DNA from: an uncultured Desulfohalobiaceae bacterium
GTDB lineage: Bacteria; Desulfobacterota; Desulfovibrionia; Desulfovibrionales; Desulfothermaceae
Length of the DNA stretch: 53,420 nucleotides
Reading direction: 5' to 3'
Assembly: GCA_913055815.1 (NCBI GenBank)
Contig: CAJXKR010000001.1
Span: 1-53,420, forward strand
The notes under the pieces were generated by a model that saw only the letters and a list, made by a program, of their open reading frames with translations, did no database searches and was not told where the DNA came from. Within the stretch, counting starts at the first letter, position 1. Each line of letters begins with the position of its first letter. Shown piece by piece: positions 8,334-17,235 of the stretch. Position numbers and translations under genes: made by a program.

Positions 8334-9152
8334 TTATGAATCTGGAACATGTGTTTTTATCAAGGCTTCAAACATGGATCCCAGTCCGGTGGTAAGAGAG
8401 AAGATTGATTGCATGTTCAGATTATCTTCTATAGTCTTGTCAAAGTAGATATTGAATTTGGACTCGAATTCCTCCTCTGCTTCCCAGTAGCAAAACAAAA
8501 GCGGGACCTTGGGAAGAGGATGCAAGACATAAGAAATGTCTGCCTGAAGTTCATTTACTACCTTTTGCCCTTTAAACAACTCCAAAAGATCGACGAACAA
8601 TTCCCTGTGTTCATCAGCAATATGTTTCAACGGTTTTATACACCTTTGTTCATAGAGTCCACTCCAGGACATGCCGTATTTTAAATCCCTGAAAGGCACC
8701 CAATTCCCTTGTGGAGATGAACCTGCGGCATATAGTACATAAGTCAGAACCGGAATTGTTACCCAAGCGTTGGTGTGTATTCTGGAATAAACATTACCCT
8801 GGGTGTCCACGTGGAAATCTTCTCCCAGCACCTTCAGGGTGAGTTTTTTTCCGTCAAAGGATCCACCGGTTCGTGATACAGCCGAAGAAAGATCCATGGA
8901 AAATATCTCGTTTTTTAATTCTAACAGGGATTCCTCTATTTCCTCTTGGGAGGATGGTGCTCTTTCTTCAGATTGTTGCTGCCCGCCAAAGCGTTCAATG
9001 GTTTCCCTGTCCAGGTAAGGGCATTCCTCCAGCTGCCTGTCCCCCCTTACCACAGCAGCTGCAAATGCCATACAGGTGGTTTCCCCGCATTGTCTGCAAT
9101 TGGATTGATTGAGAAATTGCCATATTTCTATGGGATTATTCAAAAGTGTCAT
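8334..9152 (-). CDS. DUF3786-type protein with N-terminal putative Fe-S cluster domain
   Basis: 272-aa ORF with AAGGAG upstream. The N-terminus NCRQCGETTCMAFAAAVVRGDRQLEECPYL resembles the CxxCG..TC..FA Fe-S motif at the N-terminus of corrinoid Fe-S / CODH-ACS-associated proteins. Remainder recognised as DUF3786-like from memory only. Confidence 0.65.
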   Translation of the reverse strand: MTLLNNPIEIWQFLNQSNCRQCGETTCMAFAAAVVRGDRQLEECPYLDRETIERFGGQQQSEERAPSSQEEIEESLLELKNEIFSMDLSSAVSRTGGSFDGKKLTLKVLGEDFHVDTQGNVYSRIHTNAWVTIPVLTYVLYAAGSSPQGNWVPFRDLKYGMSWSGLYEQRCIKPLKHIADEHRELFVDLLELFKGQKVVNELQADISYVLHPLPKVPLLFCYWEAEEEFESKFNIYFDKTIEDNLNMQSIFSLTTGLGSMFEALIKTHVPDS

Positions 9153-9424
9153 ACGAATAAACTCCTTTTGGACCGAAGTATCTAATATATTTGATTATTG
9201 TATAAGTTTTGCAGATTCTGGTTGCCGGTTCAAGAATTTGATTGGTTCTTCTTTCTAAGGATAAAAAGTAAAAATTCTTGAATTGCAATTATTTTAACCG
9301 GTGGGAAATCAAGATCGAATAACATTTTTAGCAAATAGATGTTATTTTGTCAACTTGTAGTTTTTTTTACACACGTTAATCTTAATAGATACGGATTTGT
9401 TTTGTACAGACAAAACGCATTTCC

Positions 9425-9585
9425 TAAAACTGCAGCGAAACTTTAAGTCTTGCCGGGCGGCCAGCTTTAGCTTCAAGTGCTTGGCTTTGCAAGCCATTCA
9501 AGTCGCACAGTGGAAACCCGGCTGCGGCTTAAACAGATCCAGGTTGCATCGGACGTTTAATATAAAACTTTCGCAGCAGTGTTGA
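9425..9585 (+). repeat. full-length copy of the ~160-nt MITE-like hairpin element
   Basis: AAAACTGCAGCGAAACTTTAAG...GCCGGGCGGCCAGC...CTTGGCTTTGCAAGCCA...GTGGAAACCCGGCTGCGGC...TTTAATATAAAACTTTCGCAGCAGTGTTGA. Most positions match 52238..52396 by eye. The termini are inverted repeats and the interior pairs on itself. Confidence 0.75.
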
Positions 9586-9705
9586 TTTTTACTAAAAAAA
9601 GTTTTTGTGGTTTTGTGCAAATTGTTGAATTTTAAAAACAAAATATATATCATAGGGAAACATAATTTGAAGTTAAGGGGTGCTGCCTTGTCTAGAAAAT
9701 GGAGT

Positions 9706-11040
9706 ATGACAAAGCAAGAAATGATAAAGGAAATGCAAGGGCTTCAAAGGGAAAATGCCAAGTTGCGTAGACAAATTGCTGATTATGGAGAAACTCCCTC
9801 CGATCTGTGTCGACATCAGGAGCAAAATGATTTGGCTCAAGAAGATAATATCCCGTCTACTCCAGTCCGGGACCTGGTTCAAGATACTACCCAAATAGGG
9901 CAAACTCTCGATTCTGGGATGCTTCCCACCGAAGTCGGGGTCGATGTCCTTTTGTCTATAATCGATTCTTTGACTGAAATGGTGGTTTTGTTTGATAAGG
10001 ATTTGTATGTTTTCTGGATGAACAAGGCTGCGAAGAATACCTTTGGTGATTTGGTCGGACAGGAGTTTTGTATAAAATTGTTGAAGTTTGGCAGTTGCAA
10101 TAATTGTGATGTGTGCAATGTGGAAAAATGCCTTCAGGGGCAGCCTGTACCGGACGAGGAAGTGGAGCTCCCGGGCTTGAGATACAGGGAAACTTTGCAT
10201 TTTCGGTGGAGTATTAACATGGCTGCCGGCTTTCAAAACAGGTGTTCGAGCTTGTTGTTCTCCATATTTCGTGACGTCACTGAAAAGAAGGAACTGCAAT
10301 CTGAAAATATTCGTGCTGCGCAGTTGGCTTCTCTCGGGGAACTGGCAGCCGGTGTTGCGCACGAGATAAACAATCCGGTGAATGCAATAGTTAATTTAGC
10401 CCAGTTACTGGAAGAGGATATAATAGAGGACAAGGATTACAGCACAGAGCTTGTGTCTCTAATTGTCAAGGAAGGGCAGCGTATTGCCGGTATTGTACGT
10501 AATTTGTTGAATTTTGCCAGGAAAGAGCAAGATGAATCCCAGCCGAGCGACCTGAAACGGATATTGGACGAGGCACTGGATTTGACCCAAGTCCAGATGG
10601 AAAAGGAGAATATTTGGGTAGATACCGAACTTCCTGATGATTTGCCCTATGTTAAAGTAAGGGGACAGGAAATACAGCAGGTTTTTATCAATATCTTGAG
10701 TAATGCCAGATATGCCCTGAACAAGAAATTCGTTCAGGAACACCCGGAAAAAGCCGTATTTATAAAGGGTGAACATGTCTTGAGCAAACAGAATGATATG
10801 GTTAGAATTGAGTTTTATGACAAAGGGCTGGGAATTCCTCAATCGGAATTGTCAAAAATCTGTAATCCCTTTTATTCCACCAAACCCAAAGGACAAGGCA
10901 CTGGCCTGGGATTGTCCATTAGCCACAAAATAATCCAGGATCATCATGGCAGGATGTCTTTTGATAGCAAAGAGGGAGAGTATACAAGAGTGCTAGTGGA
11001 GCTTCCGGCATATAATCATAAGGAGAATACAAATGGCTAA
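9706..11040 (+). CDS. soluble sensor histidine kinase with Cys-rich PAS-like N-terminal domain
   Basis: H-box AAGVAHEINNPVNAI; ATP-lid motifs ILSNARYAL, YDKGLGIP, GTGLGLSISHKII; no hydrophobic TM segment. The start is uncertain: ATG 9706, or TTG 9688 behind AAGGGG. The track ORF starts at 9607. Confidence 0.85.
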   Translation: MTKQEMIKEMQGLQRENAKLRRQIADYGETPSDLCRHQEQNDLAQEDNIPSTPVRDLVQDTTQIGQTLDSGMLPTEVGVDVLLSIIDSLTEMVVLFDKDLYVFWMNKAAKNTFGDLVGQEFCIKLLKFGSCNNCDVCNVEKCLQGQPVPDEEVELPGLRYRETLHFRWSINMAAGFQNRCSSLLFSIFRDVTEKKELQSENIRAAQLASLGELAAGVAHEINNPVNAIVNLAQLLEEDIIEDKDYSTELVSLIVKEGQRIAGIVRNLLNFARKEQDESQPSDLKRILDEALDLTQVQMEKENIWVDTELPDDLPYVKVRGQEIQQVFINILSNARYALNKKFVQEHPEKAVFIKGEHVLSKQNDMVRIEFYDKGLGIPQSELSKICNPFYSTKPKGQGTGLGLSISHKIIQDHHGRMSFDSKEGEYTRVLVELPAYNHKENTNG

Positions 11041-12745
11041 ACTCCTCCTTGTGGATGACGAAGTCAATTTGCTTTACAGTTTTAAGCTTTTGTTGTCAAA
11101 AAAAGGCTACGATATTTTTACAGCCCGTGATATGGAAAATGCTGTAAGTTTACTCCAGGAAGAAGAGTTCGATTTGATAATAGCTGACATCGTATTGAAA
11201 GGGCAAAATGGGGTGCAAATCCTGGAGGAGATAAACAATACAGGGCAACATGTGCCTGTTGTAATGATAACCGGACAGCCTTCTGTGGAGAATGCCCGGG
11301 ATTCATTGCGCTTGGGTGCGTTTGATTACCTGGTAAAACCTGTGGACAAGGATACATTGTATAAAATAGCTGACAGGGCTCTGGAACACAAAAGACTCCT
11401 GGATCATAAGTTCTATTTGGAAAAAGAGAATGAAAGGATGCGCAAGAGATTGGAGGCCATTTTTCAGAGTGTCCAGGAATCAATAATATGTGTTGATCCG
11501 CAGATGCGGATTGTCCAGGGAAACCACGCGGCGGAGAAATTGTGCGGTTATAACCCGGAGCAACACAGTGGCAGATTGTTTTCCGAGGTGTTTGATTGCG
11601 GTTCCAATACTTGTGTTAAGTATTTGCAGCAGGTGTTGGAATCCAGTAGTACAGTGAACAATGTCCGTATCGAATGCCCGAGATCGGATAAACAAGTAAC
11701 TGTTTTAACAAGTTCATCTTTAATTGATTCCCATGGGAATTTTTCCGGGGCAGTATTAGTTAATAGGGATGTTTCCAGGATAGAACAGATGGAAAAGAAT
11801 CTCGCAAATAGGCGCAAATTCCCCAATATTATTGGGGATAGTGAGCCTATGCAGGAAATATATGATTATATAGAGGACTTGGCGGATACTGACACTACAG
11901 TGTTAATCAGCGGTGAAACCGGAACAGGCAAGGAGCTTGTAGCAGAGGCCCTGCATTTTAACGGGATCCGGGCTTCAGGACCTTTGATCAAGATAAATTG
12001 TTCCGCCTTGTCTGAAAGTATACTGGAAAGCGAGATGTTTGGTCATGTTCGGGGCGCATTTACAGGGGCAATAAAGGATAAGCCGGGTCGATTCCAGATG
12101 GCCGATGGTGGTACTATATTGTTGGATGAAATAGGTGACTTGTCCCCCAAGATTCAATTAAAGTTGCTCAGGGTCCTTCAGGAAAAAATGGTGGAGAGAG
12201 TCGGGGATACAAAAGCAGAGACGGTTGATGTCAGGGTAGTTGCAGCTACAAACTGTAATTTGAAAAAGAAAGTGGAGCAAGGTGAGTTCAGGGATGACTT
12301 ATACTACAGGTTGAAGGTGGTGGAGATCCCAATGCCTCCATTGCGCGAGAGAAAAGAAGATCTCCCCTTGTTGATGGAGCATTTTAGAATACTGTTCAAG
12401 CAAAGTCTGAAAAAGGAAATCCGAGAGATTTCAGAAGATGTTAAACATGTCTTGAAAAGATATGACTGGCCTGGAAACATAAGGGAACTCCGGCATGCTA
12501 TAGAGCATGCGTGTGTTAGATGCCATACAGGAGTAATAGAACCACAACATTTACCTCGGGAATTAACCACAATTATACAAGAGGATGTGGGATCCAGAAA
12601 TAAAGGCCTGGAGCCAAATCAGGTTATACAGGCGCTGCAGAGGGCTGGTGGGAACAAATCGAAAGCTGCCGCATACTTGGGAATCAGTAGGCCCACACTT
12701 TATCGCAAAATCAAGGAACTCGGAATCTCTCTGGATAACATCTAA
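11033..12745 (+). CDS. sigma54-dependent response regulator (REC-PAS-AAA+ EBP-Fis HTH, NtrC family)
   Basis: REC N-terminus (LLVDDE...IIADIVL); Walker A GETGTGKE; GAFTGA loop (ESEMFGHVRGAFTGA); C-terminal HTH AAAYLGISRPTLYRKIKELGI. The ATG overlaps the kinase stop (ATGGCTAA), indicating translational coupling. Confidence 0.92.
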   Translation: MAKLLLVDDEVNLLYSFKLLLSKKGYDIFTARDMENAVSLLQEEEFDLIIADIVLKGQNGVQILEEINNTGQHVPVVMITGQPSVENARDSLRLGAFDYLVKPVDKDTLYKIADRALEHKRLLDHKFYLEKENERMRKRLEAIFQSVQESIICVDPQMRIVQGNHAAEKLCGYNPEQHSGRLFSEVFDCGSNTCVKYLQQVLESSSTVNNVRIECPRSDKQVTVLTSSSLIDSHGNFSGAVLVNRDVSRIEQMEKNLANRRKFPNIIGDSEPMQEIYDYIEDLADTDTTVLISGETGTGKELVAEALHFNGIRASGPLIKINCSALSESILESEMFGHVRGAFTGAIKDKPGRFQMADGGTILLDEIGDLSPKIQLKLLRVLQEKMVERVGDTKAETVDVRVVAATNCNLKKKVEQGEFRDDLYYRLKVVEIPMPPLRERKEDLPLLMEHFRILFKQSLKKEIREISEDVKHVLKRYDWPGNIRELRHAIEHACVRCHTGVIEPQHLPRELTTIIQEDVGSRNKGLEPNQVIQALQRAGGNKSKAAAYLGISRPTLYRKIKELGISLDNI

Positions 12746-12905
12746 AGTATCGGCAAAAGCGTTCGCTTTTCAGTGTTCAAGTTTGAACTGTTTGTGCATA
12801 CTGCAATAATTTAATGCGGTTAAATCAATGCTGGGTTTTTAACAGGGCTATGTTCAATCCTCAAACGAATCGGCTTTTTAATTTGCCCAAAATTAATACC
12901 TGGAC

Positions 12906-13394
12906 TTAAAGTACGTTGCCAATCAAATAGTTTTCAATCAGTTCCCTGTTTTTTCCATGTTCCATTTTGTTTAGTTTATTGAGGCAGTTGGAGCAAAGCA
13001 AGGAATGTTTGTCTATGTTGAAGATATTAGCGTAGTCTATTTTCTCAAAACATAATTCGCAAACATTTGAAAGGAACATTACTCCCATCCCAAAACCTGT
13101 TTCCCCGTCGTTTTTCTTTTGAATCCAACGGACTTTGGCCAAATAGTCCTTGTACAAATTCATGGTAACAGGAGGAGAAGTAATTATGTCCTCGTTCTTT
13201 ACATAAATCAATGAATTAGGACTTGGGGTCGCCTCCGACTCTATATACATTCCCTTGGGGCATATGTTGAAAACCCTGCCGGATAAAAGTCCGGCTTGGG
13301 CATCCAAGTCCTTTGTAAATTTTACGTTCCCTTCCATTGGATATCTGGGAAAGGCCCTGTACATTTTCTTTTTTTCCCGGAGTTGGCTGCGCAT
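12906..13394 (-). CDS. PilZ-domain protein with C-terminal CxxC...CxxC zinc-ribbon
   Basis: 162 aa with AAGGAGGG 7 nt upstream. RAFPR (RxxxR) and NICPKG (D/NxSxxG-like) PilZ motifs. CELC...CSNC pair; the protein ends ...LIGNVL. Confidence 0.7.
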   Translation of the reverse strand: MRSQLREKKKMYRAFPRYPMEGNVKFTKDLDAQAGLLSGRVFNICPKGMYIESEATPSPNSLIYVKNEDIITSPPVTMNLYKDYLAKVRWIQKKNDGETGFGMGVMFLSNVCELCFEKIDYANIFNIDKHSLLCSNCLNKLNKMEHGKNRELIENYLIGNVL

Positions 13395-13691
13395 GACAAT
13401 GCCCTCCTTTCTAGATTGAACTTGTTATTTTAATGCGTTTTGTCTTACACCTGGAAAATTAAAAGTTCTAACATAATCTTCCGAAAAACGAGATTTTATA
13501 TCTCACTTGAATGAACTTTACGCTTGTAATATAATATATTGTTTTGCTTCAAGAACCTCGAACTCTTTAGTTGCACTGTAGATTTATCTCTATTCCTGTA
13601 TAGGCTTTTTGCCTTGATTTATTTGCTTTCCAACCCACCGGATATCTTCTATTAGAGCCTGTCAAATTCCAAGCTTTCAGTGCGGTGCAAA

Positions 13692-14144
13692 TTACAACAC
13701 GTTACCCAAGAGTTGTTTTTCTATGCTTTTTTTCAGCCTGCTGTTTTTCAGGCCCAGGATTTTGTAGTAACAGTTTCTGCAAAGGGTGTTGTGATTCTCG
13801 GTCCTGTAAGTCTCTTCCATAGTCAGTTGCTTGTTACATTGATCGCAGATGTTATCAATAAACATAATAGCAGTTTCGTAACAGTCCTCCTTTTTAAAAC
13901 ACCAATCCACTTTTGCCGGAATATAACCATCCTTGTATTTTTCTTGATTTTTATCCTTGTCCAGAAATTGGATAAAAACAATGGATTCAGGAGGCAAATA
14001 TTGATCTGATTCCAAGTAGCTGCGATAGAAGGTGTGCTGGTTGTGTAGATTTAATTCTTTCTTGACTCCCGGCTTTCTTGGATCAGTTGTAAATTCGATC
14101 TTTGTAGGGGGTGTGTGGTTTTTTTTCTTGGCCTCATTCAACAT
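13692..14144 (-). CDS. paralog of 12906..13394 (degenerate PilZ-like N-half, conserved zinc-ribbon C-half)
   Basis: 150 aa with AGGAGG 6 nt upstream. The C-half aligns with the neighbour (KVDWCFKKED...MFIDNICDQC...LCRNC...LLGNVL versus KVRWIQKKND...MFLSNVCELC...LCSNC...LIGNVL). No RxxxR motif seen. Confidence 0.6.
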   Translation of the reverse strand: MLNEAKKKNHTPPTKIEFTTDPRKPGVKKELNLHNQHTFYRSYLESDQYLPPESIVFIQFLDKDKNQEKYKDGYIPAKVDWCFKKEDCYETAIMFIDNICDQCNKQLTMEETYRTENHNTLCRNCYYKILGLKNSRLKKSIEKQLLGNVL

Positions 14145-14203
14145 AAGTTACCTCCTAAGGATTGAATAAATTAACTGCCATCGATATCTTGATCTAAATT
14201 TCT

Positions 14204-14219
14204 TGCAAAAAAAAGGCCA
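14204..14219 (-). promoter_or_regulatory. candidate sigma54 (-24/-12) promoter for the PilZ-like gene pair
   Basis: The minus strand reads TGGCCTTTTTTTTGCA. GG and GC fall at positions 2-3 and 14-15, exactly as in the consensus TGGCACG-N4-TTGCW. It lies ~60 nt upstream of ATG 14144, and a sigma54 EBP is encoded 1.5 kb away. Confidence 0.55.
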
Positions 14220-14438
14220 AAAATGTTTGGGTCTGCTTTTTAACATCTTGATTTGGCTGGATTTTTGGGGGAGATGTTTTAAGGTTTTTTTAGTCTGTGT
14301 AAATAAACTGTTTTATTTAACAACTTTGTTTTACAACTTGTATTATTTTATTCATTCCAAAGCGTTAATTGATAATTACTTTACATTTGTTTTTACACAA
14401 TCAGAGCTCTGTCTTATTAAGGGGAGCAAAATTGAACA

Positions 14439-14478
14439 GCATACTAGTTCCCTTGTAGGGAGGAGGGAACTAATATGC
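14439..14478 (-). terminator. probable terminator after the PhaC-like gene
   Basis: GCATACTAGTTCCC-12 nt-GGGAACTAATATGC (14-bp stem, one mismatch), ~35 nt after the stop at 14515. The minus-strand tail CTGTTCAATTTTGC is moderately T-rich. Confidence 0.5.
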
Positions 14479-14514
14479 TGTTTATGTGCTTATGGCAGGG
14501 TGTGTTGGATTTTT

Positions 14515-16083
14515 TTATTCTTGGGGTTCCAAATCCAGTTGAAACCTTACCGGTCCACGATAGTTTTCTTTTCCAAAATAGGTGTGTAGTGCACACTCGG
14601 AACTTGGATCGGACCAGGAAACCGCTATTGCTATATGGCCTTTGGGAAATTTTGATATTTCCGCGTCAACAAAATCCAAGGGAGCCAAGGACGTCTCCGG
14701 CTCCACCAGGGTGTCTTTTTCTGCGTAACATATGAGCCATGGGATATTGTCTTGTTTTGCTTTATTCATATTTAGTTTGCTGCCAAAGATAGTTACTGGC
14801 AGGGTACCATCTGAACTGATCGGTATTTGATAGGAATCAAAACTTAATTTGGTCATCTCCCAGGGAAGATCGTGTCTTTGATAGGTCATCCAGTAATTGA
14901 CTGCTGCAGCAGTCTTGCTGATCTTGGGTTCTGTCGTGTCCTGCATCTTGAACATGGTCAAATCTCTATGATAGGCGATTAACGGGGCTTCATCCTCAAT
15001 GCTTTTTATTTTATAGGTCCAACTCATCACATCCCCGTCAACAACCTTGTTGCCATTGGGTAAAGTCTTGGTAGCATAGTCCAGGTCGTTGAACCTTTCA
15101 GGTAGCTTATTAAGCATGCTCCCCAGTTCCGGGCTGCGGGTTCCGTCAATAGGAGCCACGCAAGTGATCATGGCGTCTACAAATTCGTCCAGTGCTCCGC
15201 TTAGGTAATCCAATACAGCGATAAAACCGCCCTGGCAATATCCGTTTAAAGTGATTTTTTGGTTGTGTCTTTTGTAAATATGTTCACAAAAGTATTTGGT
15301 GTCCATTGCGTCTTCTTCCGGCTTCATTTCCTGCACAGCGGAATGGGTAGATATGTCTTTTACAATGCGAATGTAAGTGGGAATGCCCTGATTAGCGAAA
15401 CTGTGCGCGTAACTTTTGTTTTTGCCGGGAAGAAAAGAGAGAATATCAGCTCCTAGAACATAAGGAGGGATAATCAAGGTTGGCTTGCCGTTTCCTCTTA
15501 CCTTGGTCTCATTATTGGTAGGTAATATCTGATACAAATAGAATCGTTCGGTTTCTGCGACTTTGATATATCCTTCCTGCTCAAAATGGAATCCATACTC
15601 GTCTTTTATATCCCAAATTTCCCGGGGATAGTTGAAAGCTGCAGCTTCGGTTATCTTCCTGTGCTTATGAATATAATTGAAAATATCTGAGTCATTATCG
15701 GTGTTACAAGTATTAATCCAGTGATCAAGAATTTTGGATAATTCAGGTATATAATAATGGCCCATCGAACTGAGGCTACTGGCGAGTCCGTTTTGAATGT
15801 TGTCGATGTTAAACAATGTCAACCCATTGTAATCCTTGAAATTGTCAATCAGTGCAGTGTTGGGCGATTTATCTGTTTCCACATTCATGAAATAATTGGA
15901 CGCCTTTACCAAGGGCATGATAAAGTCAGTGGCATATCTGCTCATTCCAGCGAGATAGTTTTGATTCATACTGATAATGTCTAATGTGGATTGAAAAAAT
16001 TTCTCAGATATATCCAGCATCAAGTCAGGAATGGAGCTGTTGAACTCACTTTGCTCTTCCCGTGGAAGGGTGTGTTGGTTCAT
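14515..16083 (-). CDS. stand-alone PHA-synthase-like alpha/beta hydrolase (PhaC-like with ~200-aa N-terminal extension)
   Basis: Lipase-type box with catalytic Cys NGYCQGGF, and C-terminal KGHIAIAVS matching the GHIGIYVS of the class III PhaC at 18207..19403. AAGGAG abuts the first ATG (16092), so ATG 16083 (MNQHTL..., 9-nt spacing) is the likelier start. Confidence 0.75.
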   Translation of the reverse strand: MNQHTLPREEQSEFNSSIPDLMLDISEKFFQSTLDIISMNQNYLAGMSRYATDFIMPLVKASNYFMNVETDKSPNTALIDNFKDYNGLTLFNIDNIQNGLASSLSSMGHYYIPELSKILDHWINTCNTDNDSDIFNYIHKHRKITEAAAFNYPREIWDIKDEYGFHFEQEGYIKVAETERFYLYQILPTNNETKVRGNGKPTLIIPPYVLGADILSFLPGKNKSYAHSFANQGIPTYIRIVKDISTHSAVQEMKPEEDAMDTKYFCEHIYKRHNQKITLNGYCQGGFIAVLDYLSGALDEFVDAMITCVAPIDGTRSPELGSMLNKLPERFNDLDYATKTLPNGNKVVDGDVMSWTYKIKSIEDEAPLIAYHRDLTMFKMQDTTEPKISKTAAAVNYWMTYQRHDLPWEMTKLSFDSYQIPISSDGTLPVTIFGSKLNMNKAKQDNIPWLICYAEKDTLVEPETSLAPLDFVDAEISKFPKGHIAIAVSWSDPSSECALHTYFGKENYRGPVRFQLDLEPQE

Positions 16084-16466
16084 AATTTTCATCTCCTTAG
16101 TATAAAGTGGTTAAAAATTTGAGAGGCAAATATTTATTGCAAAGCAAAACATTGCAGCTTCATGAACTGAATTTGGTTAATTATTATTAATTTAATTTCA
16201 AAAAATATGATTGTCAATATTAGTTCGGATAAAGAATAAAAAGGCATAGTTGGAAACGGTCAAGTGTTAAAGTTGTTAAGCACTGTAAATGTCAATACTG
16301 TTAAATTATAACAAAATTCCTTCCCGCTTATGCCTTTTGGCAGATACTGCTTTGCAACACTTCGAAATCTATGTTGATTTTTGTTGGGGTCGATTACATG
16401 TGTTTGGCATATAGTTTGCAGAATGATTTCATGATTCCACAGCATCAAACAAAGTTTAACCAAGAC

Positions 16467-16835
16467 ATGAAAGTTATGAAAATCTTAATACTGGATAGTA
16501 AAAAGAATAATATAAGTACTTACCGGATGCTGGCCAATTTCCTGGAGGAAAATGATTATCACGTGGATCTGTTGTTTTCTCCGAAAGAAGCGATCGAGCG
16601 GATTGAAAACAAGAATGCGGATTACGATTTGTTGATGGTGGATTATAACATATCCAATATGAAATGTACTGAAGTCTTGCAAAGGGTAAAAAATGTAAAT
16701 GATCGACTTACCCTCGTTGCCATGGCGGATGAGATAGTGCCCAAAGAAGAAATAAAAAATATCAGGAGGTTTTCAGATTATTTTATTTCCAAGCCTATTG
16801 ACGTTAACTTGTTAAAAAAATTTATGGCATTGTAA
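16467..16835 (+). CDS. single-domain response-regulator receiver (CheY-like)
   Basis: MKVMKILILDS...DLLMVDYNISNM...FISKPID carries the receiver Asp and Lys positions, with no output domain. The start is chosen at the first ATG inside track ORF 16371..16835; no strong SD. Confidence 0.7.
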   Translation: MKVMKILILDSKKNNISTYRMLANFLEENDYHVDLLFSPKEAIERIENKNADYDLLMVDYNISNMKCTEVLQRVKNVNDRLTLVAMADEIVPKEEIKNIRRFSDYFISKPIDVNLLKKFMAL

Positions 16836-16927
16836 AATGTTGTAAACAACCTCAGCTTGTTTCTGTGAAAAGTGTTCAAATAGGCAATCCATGTTATCGA
16901 AACGATTAAAGTTGCGAATGGTGAGTT

Positions 16928-17188
16928 ATGGAGGAGACTTTGCAAGTTCAAATCAAAAATAAGTGCGGATTGCATGCCAGGCCGGCCGGGCAGCTTGTTA
17001 AAGTAGCACAAGAGTATGATTCGGAATTAAAAATCAGATATCAAGAAAAAGAGGCAAATGCCAAAAGCATTTTGGATGTGTTGATGTTGGCAGCAGAGTC
17101 CGGGTGCGATTTGGAAATCTCGGCCAGGGGACGGGATGCGTCCAAGGCATTGAGTAGTATATGGGATTTTTTCCAGAAAGAGATGTAA
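16928..17188 (+). CDS. ptsH: HPr-family phosphocarrier protein
   Basis: 86 aa. Active-site GLHARPAG (His15 context) and ANAKSILDVLML (Ser46 context). Confidence 0.9.
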   Translation: MEETLQVQIKNKCGLHARPAGQLVKVAQEYDSELKIRYQEKEANAKSILDVLMLAAESGCDLEISARGRDASKALSSIWDFFQKEM

Positions 17189-17235
17189 CAACTTTATTTA
17201 GTTGTAATAATAAATCAAATTTAAAAGGAGAGGAT

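Noticed and set aside
9673-10362. 229-aa minus-strand ORF overlapping the histidine-kinase gene
   Set aside because: Antisense to a gene with clear H-box and ATP-lid motifs, with no SD and no motifs of its own.
12748-12775. Terminator after the sigma54 regulator gene (AAAAGC-gttc-GCTTTT)
   Set aside because: The stem is only 6 bp, A/T-rich at its base, with the T run forming part of the stem. It is too weak to call.
16338-16356. TGGCAGATACTGCTTTGCA as a sigma54 promoter for the receiver-HPr-phaEC operon
   Set aside because: The GG-to-GC distance is 3 nt longer than the invariant -24/-12 spacing, and the alternative TGC is 2 nt too short.
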